From IMG/VR virus record IMGVR_UViG_3300039159_000220, positions 1-48,215 of that record: a DNA stretch of 48,215 bases; one strand, 5' to 3'. Source of the stretch: a virus (taxonomy: Duplodnaviria; Caudoviricetes). The translations under genes were made by a program, and so were the position numbers. Below, piece by piece: positions 39,009 through 46,843 of this stretch; the stretch's first letter is position 1; every line of letters starts with the position of its first letter. Below the pieces are notes generated by a model, which saw nothing but the letters and a program-made list of their open reading frames with translations, did not search any database and had not been told where the DNA came from.

Positions 39009-39485
39009 TTACGAGCGGCGAGCCTTGTCGATCGGCTGCATGGTCAGATTACCAATGCCGAGACCTTGCGCGATCATCTCCGCAATCGCAGCATCATCGC
39101 CTTCGACGTAATCGACGTAAGACTTCTTCATACCCGCAGGCATCGCCATCGGTGCAGCAGGCTTCTTAGCAACCATGGCGGGTTTGGCTTTTTCCATGTC
39201 GTCTTCGTCATCGTCGCTGCAATGATCGCCTTTGTTGACCGACTGCATTCCCGGCAAGCCGCCGTCGTCAGGCTTAGCTGCGGCGCCCGGTCGCGAGCCT
39301 TTGACGGACTTGCTCGAAGGCTTGCCGCGCGATGCGCCGCCGCCTTCGTTGTGTGTGACCACGCCGGCCACAGCCTTGAGTACTTCCGATTTGCGAATCG
39401 GATGTTCGCAATGCGGGCAGTCGAAGAGTGACTTCTCGACGGTATCGGCGATTTCAGATTTGAACAGATCTTGCATTTCTTTCAT
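39009..39485 (-). CDS. Small acidic protein with CPHC motif, rich in K-(S/A) sites
   Basis: 158 aa with AAGGGG RBS; contains LFKS, VEKS, IRKS, VLKA, MEKA, MKKS and IDKA. Confidence 0.65.
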   Translation of the reverse strand: MKEMQDLFKSEIADTVEKSLFDCPHCEHPIRKSEVLKAVAGVVTHNEGGGASRGKPSSKSVKGSRPGAAAKPDDGGLPGMQSVNKGDHCSDDDEDDMEKAKPAMVAKKPAAPMAMPAGMKKSYVDYVEGDDAAIAEMIAQGLGIGNLTMQPIDKARRS

Positions 39486-39620
39486 AAGGACCCCTTGAGC
39501 ATTAACGGTTAGAAGACGTTGAGCATATCAACAGTTTGAAACGATGACTAGATATCGATAGCCTAACCCTCGATGTACTGGTTGATGGCTTTTTCAGACG
39601 TATCAAGGCTTATTGAGAGA

Positions 39621-40493
39621 TCAGACATTTGAAGGCTCCTTAGATCCAGCAGTTAAGGCGTCGAAGATCAACCCGAAGTAATCGTCAGAAAGCCGATGCT
39701 TCTCGGCGAAGCCTTTGAGCTGTGTGCGCATAAACATGATGTAGCCTTTACGGCCATGCAGTTTGGGATTGGCGGCGAAGCGCTGCGCAACACCCTTGAG
39801 TGTTGTAATCGAAATGCCTAGCTGGTTCGCCAGCACGTCAGGCTTGGCGCTCGTCTTGGCCGGCTCTTCCGGCACCTGCGTAGGTGTCGGCTTGGCTGGC
39901 GGCTTGGCTGGCGGCTTGGCTGGCGGCTTCCCGCCGGCTGGCTTGGCTGGCGGCTTCCCGCCGGCTGGCTTGGCCGCGCCGACCTGTTCCTGCGGATAGG
40001 TGTAGCGTGTCTGCCCGTTCTTGCCGGCAACCTTCTTGGCGGCGTTGACTTTCGGCGCTTGCTTGACTGGCTCTTCTTTGACGGTGCGCGGTAGCGCTTT
40101 TTCAAACTCCATCATCTCTCCCTGCGCATCCCTGCGCCGCTTAGCTAGAACCAGTGACCGCTCGGCTTCCATGTACTCTTCAAACAAAGCCCAAGCTGCA
40201 TCCGAATCCGTGGCGAGCCTCACCAGCAATCCCCGAGAATTGAACGCAAAGTAATACGGTGTATTGCCGGAGTCGATAACGCCAACATACCCGTAAGAGT
40301 TCGTGTCATACGTGAAGGCGACACGCGTCACGGGAAGCTTGCAGTATTGCGCAAGGTCGACACGTACCGCCGCAAACACGGTGCCTGGCGGCGACGTGAT
40401 GCGATCTAACACCCGTGCGTCGCGCGCCGCGAGCAACACGCCTTGGACAAATTGCTGACCAAGCTCCGGCGCCAACGTCAGTTCAGTTCGCAT
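39621..40493 (-). CDS. Hypothetical protein with KPPA linker and C-terminal HTH-like domain
   Basis: 290 aa; FEKA site, GKNGQTRYTY, Pro/Lys repeat and LANQLGISITTLKGV. Confidence 0.65.
   Translation of the reverse strand: MRTELTLAPELGQQFVQGVLLAARDARVLDRITSPPGTVFAAVRVDLAQYCKLPVTRVAFTYDTNSYGYVGVIDSGNTPYYFAFNSRGLLVRLATDSDAAWALFEEYMEAERSLVLAKRRRDAQGEMMEFEKALPRTVKEEPVKQAPKVNAAKKVAGKNGQTRYTYPQEQVGAAKPAGGKPPAKPAGGKPPAKPPAKPPAKPTPTQVPEEPAKTSAKPDVLANQLGISITTLKGVAQRFAANPKLHGRKGYIMFMRTQLKGFAEKHRLSDDYFGLIFDALTAGSKEPSNV
39888..39974. repeat. Coding tandem repeats (12-bp and 27-bp units) encoding KPAGGKPPA/KPPA
   Basis: ggcttggctggc repeated, and ggcttggctggcggcttcccgccggct present twice. Confidence 0.85.
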
Positions 40494-42708
40494 AACGTGC
40501 CGCCCATAACTGACCTAATGCTAAATCGTATGAGAGCAGCGCATCCACCAACGAGGTAAACGTATCCGACTTGCCAAGCTCGCTGCGTCGCTTTTGCTCG
40601 TAACCCAGCAGCGCCATCTTGGCGTCTTGCTGCCGGCGTACCTTGAGCACCTGCAAGCGAGCTTCGTTCTGGTCGGCAAGCGTGACGTCCGCTTTCCTCG
40701 AAACTAGATCACGATAATGCTCCACCGCCGAAGATGCGTATTTCAAGATCGGTGCGGCGTGCTTTTCCATCTCGGCAGCCGATACCCGGATAGCTTCCTT
40801 TTGCTCGACCGTTGGCTGATACGGTTTGAGCTTTTGCGTCATGAACGCCGAGTCGGCACCGAGGTACCGCTTCCGGATGCGCGCCCGCATCTGTTGATTC
40901 TCACGCAAGGCGGCGATTGCATTTGAGTAGGCAATCGCAGCGGCATGCAGCTTTGGTAGATGCTTCGATTCGATTGCACGCAACGCCGTGGCTTTCGCTT
41001 GCTCCAGCGTGGCGATCTTCGTCAGCTTCCGCTTGTCCATGCCCTGAAGCTTAGCTAAGGCTTCGTGGTAGCGTTCCGCGTTGCGAGCTACGCGCATGCG
41101 TTGCGCGCCAAACGGGCTATGCTTCGTAGTGTAGACACCGCGCAAGGTATCGACATCAATGCCGAGCTTCGCGGCCAGCGCCGTGTTGTCGACAAAGAAC
41201 TGCACACCCGGACGTTGATAGACCTCTTCGTAGGCCATCTGCCGGATCGGCTTTGGGGGTACGAAGTCCGTTGAGATCAATTTAGGATCGGTCGCCACGC
41301 CGTCATGACGTCGCCGACTATCCGCCGCCAGCTTGGATTCTAGTTGAAGGTAGCGTTTGAGCGCGACACCCTTTTGATTGAGCCGAAGCCGGTCGACGCT
41401 ATCCGGATGCACCTTCAGACCTAGCGCGCTTTGGATTACCGATTCAGGTACCGCGTCTTTGCCTTCGACACCCGTCTTGGAAATCTCCTTGAGGATAGCC
41501 GTCAAGCCGTGCTGATACCACTTCGCAAAGAGCCGGCGCTTCGTAGCTTCCGGCATCTCTCTGAGGTCGACTACCTTCTCGGTCTCAGGATCAACCCAGG
41601 TTGCGTGCGCAGCTTCGACACCGTTAGGTCCGGCCCAGTTGCGATGCCAGGTCTTGCGGCGATCGTACTCGGCAGCTTCATTGTTGACGGTCGCATGATG
41701 AATGCGCGACTCCACGTACTCACCGTGCGCCTGCACTTCGCCAGCTTCGACACCGCCCGGATCGGACAACCACAACCGCGCCGCCAACACGCGCCGATAG
41801 GTCGGATGCAGATCCTTCCCGCGTAACGCCGTAGCCAAGACGGTCAGCGCCGTTGGCGTTACCCGTGCTAGCTCGGCTGCGTCATCTGGCTTGAGCGGCT
41901 GTGTCGACATCATCCGGACGTCATTGTCCGGCGCGATGTTGTCAGGCAAGAACGCCGTGATCGCACCCTGGTGACGTTGCTCTTCGCGCGCGCGGTCACG
42001 TACGGCAAACTTGAGCACGGTATAGGCCAGCTTATCAAAACGATCTTGGGGATCGCCAAGCTTCGGCGTGTAACCTTGCAGCGCCGTCAGCATCGTCAAG
42101 GTGCCGTGCGAAGCAAACTCATCCGTGGTTACCCGAATGTAATCGCCAACCATGGAACGCGGCGCTCCACGACTTGGATCGTCATCGTCACGCCGGCGAG
42201 GTTTTGAAGCGTCCGTATCTGCCAGCGCTTGCCAATGCGTGGTCTCCGACATCGCCATCGCATTCTTGCGCGCAACACCCCGGATGATCGGCTTCCACTC
42301 CAGCATGAGTTGGTTTTTGAACTCACGGGAAGCCGAAGCCGCCGAGACAACACCCAACGAGAGCAAGGTCGTGGCCGGTCGCTGCCGCAACTCTTCGACC
42401 AGCTTTTGCTGGGAAGGATACTTCTCATGCACCCAGTCAGGCGCGGCGTTCTTATCCGCCATGATGGCATCGGATAATTCGATAGCGTAAAACGTCGCAT
42501 CCGTATCGTCCGCCAACGGCGGCAACGCTTGCACCGCAACGGGATTGATAACCTCTGGTTCCGCTACAGGCTTAGGAGCCGTGGTCAGCTCGACAGGCAT
42601 CACGTACTGCCACGTACCCGTCTCATCTTGGTAGCGTTGCAGATACTTGCGGTGCTTATTCTGACTGCCACGTGGGCGTGACTTAGCCAAGTCGAGAAGG
42701 AGCCGCAT
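40483..42708 (-). CDS. Large protein containing divergent sigma-70 region 2/4-like segments
   Basis: QLMLEWKPIIRGVARK...DEFASHGTLTMLTALQGYTPKLG...FDKLAYTVLKFAVRDRARE resembles region 2; LHPTYRRVLAARLWL resembles region 4.1. Confidence 0.6.
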   Translation of the reverse strand: MRLLLDLAKSRPRGSQNKHRKYLQRYQDETGTWQYVMPVELTTAPKPVAEPEVINPVAVQALPPLADDTDATFYAIELSDAIMADKNAAPDWVHEKYPSQQKLVEELRQRPATTLLSLGVVSAASASREFKNQLMLEWKPIIRGVARKNAMAMSETTHWQALADTDASKPRRRDDDDPSRGAPRSMVGDYIRVTTDEFASHGTLTMLTALQGYTPKLGDPQDRFDKLAYTVLKFAVRDRAREEQRHQGAITAFLPDNIAPDNDVRMMSTQPLKPDDAAELARVTPTALTVLATALRGKDLHPTYRRVLAARLWLSDPGGVEAGEVQAHGEYVESRIHHATVNNEAAEYDRRKTWHRNWAGPNGVEAAHATWVDPETEKVVDLREMPEATKRRLFAKWYQHGLTAILKEISKTGVEGKDAVPESVIQSALGLKVHPDSVDRLRLNQKGVALKRYLQLESKLAADSRRRHDGVATDPKLISTDFVPPKPIRQMAYEEVYQRPGVQFFVDNTALAAKLGIDVDTLRGVYTTKHSPFGAQRMRVARNAERYHEALAKLQGMDKRKLTKIATLEQAKATALRAIESKHLPKLHAAAIAYSNAIAALRENQQMRARIRKRYLGADSAFMTQKLKPYQPTVEQKEAIRVSAAEMEKHAAPILKYASSAVEHYRDLVSRKADVTLADQNEARLQVLKVRRQQDAKMALLGYEQKRRSELGKSDTFTSLVDALLSYDLALGQLWAARYAN

Positions 42709-42710
42709 GA

Positions 42711-44540
42711 CTAGAGATCCACCACGGCGAAGTAGGTCTCATCATCCGTGGTGAACGCCTTCGAGATATCATCGTAGGACGCCGAGGATTCCGAGATAGG
42801 GCTATAACGCTTCGTCTCTTCCGAACGCGTGTCGGCCGGTGCTGGCCGGCGTTGCTGGTACGCTTCGCGTTCGTCAAATTGCCGGAGCTTCTCGCCGCCT
42901 TCTTTGTCGGCCGCGCCTTTGCCACCGAACGGTGCTGCGTATGCACCTTCGCCCTTATGCTCAGGCTTCGGAGGTTCGTCGCCGCCGCCTTGAGGATCGC
43001 CACCGCCGCCAGGCATGCCAGGCATACCGCCGCCGCCTTGCTGTTGCTGCTCTTGTGCTTGCGCCTGCGCCATGGCGCCCGTGTAGGTAGGATTGAGTAC
43101 GATGTCGCCATGCTTCAATGGCGGTAGGTCTTCACGCGCACGAACCTCGTTGAGCGTGTAGATATTCTGCACCTGCTGCATGCGCAATTGCGTCTCTTGC
43201 TCTTCCGTCTTGGCATCAAGCCCAACAAACGCGAATTCAAAACGAGGATCGATCTGCCACACGATATGCTTATTGATGTGGTCTTCGACGTACCGCAACA
43301 ACGGATGCAGCCCGCGATCTTTGCTGACCTTCTGTTGCGCTTCGTTATTCGACATGAACATCGGCTGCTGCGTGCCGCCACCGCCCCGGATGTCGAAGTT
43401 AATCTCGGCGGGATCGATCTGATAGATGGCGCTGGTGATCTTCACCAGGTAATCCATCCACGTCTGATAACCCATCTCGACGTTGGTCATCTGCATCGGC
43501 ATCCACTCAAGTCCTTCGGTATTAAGGACCGGCGTCTTCCAAGCATTGCTGACGCCCGAAGTCTGCAACATCCACGTGCGCTTGAAGGCTTCGAGTTGGT
43601 TAGCGGGAATGTTGCCGCGTACATTCAACACGCCTTTGACGGTTGAGCCTTGCGAGAAGGCACGTCGATTCCACTCTTCAGCCCACATGTGGCTGGTAAT
43701 GGTATTGATCAAGATCTCAATCTCGGGAAAGCCGTAACCAAACGAACGCACGTTAGTGCGCGGGTTCGCGACCATGAAGGCCATCTCATCAAGCGTGAAC
43801 TCGGTGACGATCTGACCGTTGAGCACCTGCACGTATTTGAGCGCGCGCTTGATATCTGCAATCTCTGGTGGCGTGCCCTTGATTACTTTTGGCTGCGCGA
43901 TGCGGATAGTATCGGCCGGCACCGCATGAAATGAATGCATGCGCTGGCCATAGGTGCGCACCTTTTCAAACGTGGCTTGATCGTAGGCGAGCCGATCGCG
44001 GACAAGCTTCCGCATGAATTGCTCGAACGAGTCCCGGCCAAGATTGTAGTCGCGGCCCGTGTTGAGAATGAAGTGTTCGATCTCGCCACAGCGTTCGCGT
44101 TCCGAATCGGTAAGACGACCAGGCCGGCGCTTGTGGTCGCGCAAACGAATCGCGAAGCCAACGGAGTACTTGTTCTCTTGTGGGCGGCAGAACGCCGCTA
44201 CTTGATTCACGCGCGTCCCAATGATGGCGGCGACGATCGTATCTTTCTCAGAAACGGCGCGCAGCGTATCATACGTCAGCATCGACGGAGCCGTGCGATA
44301 ACCCATGCCGAGCGAATCCAGCAACGCGAATGGATCGTTGAACCACGACTTCGGTTGCTCCGGTCCGGTTGGCGGCGTAGGTACCGGCGCTTGAGAAGCA
44401 ACCAACCCTTTGGTCATGGCTTCGCCGTGCGTCTGGAACTTGTCAAACAAGATTGCCGCTGCCTCTTCCGCAATGCGTGCAATGTCGGGCGACATAGAAG
44501 CCGCCGTCGGCGGCAGGTCCGCTGGCTGCGCTTCTTTCAT
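42711..44540 (-). CDS. Portal protein (HK97-family, Herelleviridae-like)
   Basis: IVAAIIGTRVNQV, DSFEQFMRKLVRD...DQATFEK, GYGFPEIE, FSQGSTVKGVL, SGVSNAWKTP, IDPAEINF, SKDRGLHPLL and TLNEVRA. Confidence 0.93.
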   Translation of the reverse strand: MKEAQPADLPPTAASMSPDIARIAEEAAAILFDKFQTHGEAMTKGLVASQAPVPTPPTGPEQPKSWFNDPFALLDSLGMGYRTAPSMLTYDTLRAVSEKDTIVAAIIGTRVNQVAAFCRPQENKYSVGFAIRLRDHKRRPGRLTDSERERCGEIEHFILNTGRDYNLGRDSFEQFMRKLVRDRLAYDQATFEKVRTYGQRMHSFHAVPADTIRIAQPKVIKGTPPEIADIKRALKYVQVLNGQIVTEFTLDEMAFMVANPRTNVRSFGYGFPEIEILINTITSHMWAEEWNRRAFSQGSTVKGVLNVRGNIPANQLEAFKRTWMLQTSGVSNAWKTPVLNTEGLEWMPMQMTNVEMGYQTWMDYLVKITSAIYQIDPAEINFDIRGGGGTQQPMFMSNNEAQQKVSKDRGLHPLLRYVEDHINKHIVWQIDPRFEFAFVGLDAKTEEQETQLRMQQVQNIYTLNEVRAREDLPPLKHGDIVLNPTYTGAMAQAQAQEQQQQGGGGMPGMPGGGGDPQGGGDEPPKPEHKGEGAYAAPFGGKGAADKEGGEKLRQFDEREAYQQRRPAPADTRSEETKRYSPISESSASYDDISKAFTTDDETYFAVVDL

Positions 44541-44543
44541 GAG

Positions 44544-45083
44544 TTAGACTTTACGATTCCGGTGAACGAAGTCGAGTAGTACAGGTGCGCTAATCAAGGC
44601 CAGCTCGCGATTCGCAAGATGCTGCGTCATCGACTTGGCAATCGCAAAGTCACTGACGGGACTACAAGCGCAACGCAGACCTTCATACGACCCGGCTACG
44701 TAGTGGCTTGTCTGACCGTTCGCGGCCACACGGCTGTGCGTTGGACAGAGCGATTTTTGTAGCGTGACCTCTTGCGCTTCGAGTTGGTGCACGAGCTGTA
44801 CGTGCTCTTCACCCAAAACAACCAGCGGCAATTCAGGCGGCGCAACATCGGCACCTGTTGGCGCGTCGACTTGTGAGCTGAAGGCCATCGGCGCGGAGAT
44901 AGAAGGCACCTGCATGGTCATCGGCGCGTAACCCGTAGTCGGCGTCGTGCCATCACCGCAGAGCCAAGGCCGTAAGCCAACTAAGCAAGCGCCCGTACCG
45001 CCAAGTTGAGGATCGTAATTCATACATCCCGAACACTTGGCATTCGGATCAACTAACTGGGCATTGGCAAATCGTTCGTTCAT
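44544..45083 (-). CDS. Cys-rich hypothetical protein
   Basis: 179 aa with TAAGGA RBS; CSGC...C...C cluster; LQKS and IAKS sites. Confidence 0.6.
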   Translation of the reverse strand: MNERFANAQLVDPNAKCSGCMNYDPQLGGTGACLVGLRPWLCGDGTTPTTGYAPMTMQVPSISAPMAFSSQVDAPTGADVAPPELPLVVLGEEHVQLVHQLEAQEVTLQKSLCPTHSRVAANGQTSHYVAGSYEGLRCACSPVSDFAIAKSMTQHLANRELALISAPVLLDFVHRNRKV

Positions 45084-45092
45084 ATTAGTTCC

Positions 45093-45521
45093 TTACGCGG
45101 CGTTTCCTACTAAAGCGATTGTCACAACGGCAGCATCAATTAGGGAAGCATTGGAAACATGGATCGAGGTGATCCGTCCACGCCAAAAGACAAGACCCGG
45201 CGCGTCCTTACGCTGAGCTTCCGAGATGAGATCGACACCCGCCGCAGGCGTAATCCGTACCGGCACGGCCGGGGCGCCAATGCCATTGATCTTCACATTG
45301 ATGTCTTTGGACGCCACCAGCATGACGGCGCTGGCTGCCGTAAGGGTGCCAAAGTCGACGGCCTGGTCGATAGTGTTCGGTGGGATGACGATGGTCGCGG
45401 TGAGGCTTAACGCGGCAGTGAGTGCGTCCGTATCGTCGATGCGAAACGCTTGATCAAAGAGCTTCTGACTCTGGGCGTTGTCCGTAGAAATGCTGAGTTC
45501 GAGGTTTGCTAGCAATCTCAT
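45093..45521 (-). CDS. Hypothetical beta-rich protein
   Basis: 142-aa ORF coupled to the upstream gene (TGATG). Confidence 0.6.
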   Translation of the reverse strand: MRLLANLELSISTDNAQSQKLFDQAFRIDDTDALTAALSLTATIVIPPNTIDQAVDFGTLTAASAVMLVASKDINVKINGIGAPAVPVRITPAAGVDLISEAQRKDAPGLVFWRGRITSIHVSNASLIDAAVVTIALVGNAA

Positions 45522-45721
45522 CAGTCAGCCTTTTTCATTAGATCTGGAGCGTCGAAGGTCTTCCGCAGGATCTCGTCAGTAGCTACGCCCTGACTACCAC
45601 AAGAGGTGCAGACAGTACCACTAAGGTATCGCGCGCCACAACCACTGCACTGCATTGCGTAGACGCGCGTCCCGCTAGGTGGTGATGACGGGAGCTGGGT
45701 ATCCTTGAGCTTGGAAGTCAT
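45521..45721 (-). CDS. Small zinc-ribbon protein
   Basis: CSGC...CTSC in 66 aa; GGAG-like RBS upstream. Confidence 0.55.
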   Translation of the reverse strand: MTSKLKDTQLPSSPPSGTRVYAMQCSGCGARYLSGTVCTSCGSQGVATDEILRKTFDAPDLMKKAD

Positions 45722-46001
45722 CTTGGCGATCCTCTTCTTTCTGTTTTAAGTCTACTGCTTTTTGGGAATCTTTAGCAATCTTATCTACTTCGGAGAGCAG
45801 GTCTTTCGTGGCTTGCGCCGGGTCGTCGTTGAGAATCTGAGACACCAGCGTGCCTAGGTTGACGGCGCTGCCGGCGCGTTGCGCTTCCAAGTATTGCCGC
45901 TCGGCTAGGTGCTCGGCTTCGGCGCCCTTGAGCTGACTATCCAGCACCTTGGAGATAAGGCCGGTAAATGTTTGAATGGAGTATTGAGAATCGTCATCCA
46001 T
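45675..46001 (-). CDS. Hypothetical helical protein
   Basis: 108-aa ORF starting 2 nt after the ParB stop codon. Confidence 0.55.
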   Translation of the reverse strand: MDDDSQYSIQTFTGLISKVLDSQLKGAEAEHLAERQYLEAQRAGSAVNLGTLVSQILNDDPAQATKDLLSEVDKIAKDSQKAVDLKQKEEDRQDDFQAQGYPAPVITT

Positions 46002-46003
46002 GA

Positions 46004-46843
46004 TTATTCTTCGCTCTCATCATAATGCGTCTCGATGGTTTTCTTCTTCTTCTTCTTCTTTTTCTTCACCGGAGGATCGATCTCAAGGTCTGGCTCGCCG
46101 CTGCTTTCGCCGATCAGATTATCAATCGGCGTTTGCGAAGAGTTGATCGCCATAAACTCTAAAGCACGCCCACGGATATTCTTGCCACGCAGCAACGATC
46201 CAATGCGGCTTAGTTCCGATTCGATAATCCCGGCTTGACCCTTGGACACGTAGAACTTGACGTCGAAGAAAACGTTGGCGTCCGTATCTTCCTGGGACTT
46301 AGCTTCGTAATCACCCATAGAAGACGTAGGTCCGCTGATGAGTTGGATGCCGTAGGCGTCAACGACCGCTTGAATTTCACTTTCGCTCACAGGTAGAAAC
46401 TCCGCAGCTTCCGCGATCGGCATCTGCTGTTCGTTGAGCAGCGACTCGTAATACTTGGCGTGCAGATCCGGATCAGGCGACCCGCGTAGGTAATTCAAGG
46501 TATCCGTGAGGATCATCGCGGTCTTGGTATCGACGTCAAGAATATAAGCGTCAATCTTAGCGACGCCCTCTTGGCGCAAGATATCCCAACGATGATAACC
46601 GTCAATGATCTGCCATTTGAAACCAGAGCCAGCATCCGGATGTGGTCGGACTACGATTGGCGGAATATGCCCGGCGCTGTCAAGCAAGTGCTTGATGCCG
46701 TGCTGCACCTTCGCACGAACATCCGGAGGCATCTTGTTTGGATTCCACGTGTTCGGCTCGCATAGCTCGATCTTGACGGACTTGTAAGGCGTGTCTTTGA
46801 GCGAAGGAAACGGAACGCCCTCAGTTTGTTTCTTCTTCTTCAT
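46004..46843 (-). CDS. ParB/Srx N-terminal domain protein
   Basis: EPNTWNPNKM, IPPIVVR, QIIDGYHRW and LNYLRG; C-terminal poly-Lys run. Confidence 0.85.
   Translation of the reverse strand: MKKKKQTEGVPFPSLKDTPYKSVKIELCEPNTWNPNKMPPDVRAKVQHGIKHLLDSAGHIPPIVVRPHPDAGSGFKWQIIDGYHRWDILRQEGVAKIDAYILDVDTKTAMILTDTLNYLRGSPDPDLHAKYYESLLNEQQMPIAEAAEFLPVSESEIQAVVDAYGIQLISGPTSSMGDYEAKSQEDTDANVFFDVKFYVSKGQAGIIESELSRIGSLLRGKNIRGRALEFMAINSSQTPIDNLIGESSGEPDLEIDPPVKKKKKKKKKTIETHYDESEE

Noticed and set aside
39888-39974. Possible CRISPR-like array
   Set aside because: Head-to-tail coding repeats without unique spacers.
355-46787. The many plus-strand and alternate-frame ORFs in the track
   Set aside because: They overlap longer, motif-bearing minus-strand genes and show no recognisable motifs; typical shadow ORFs of GC-rich DNA.
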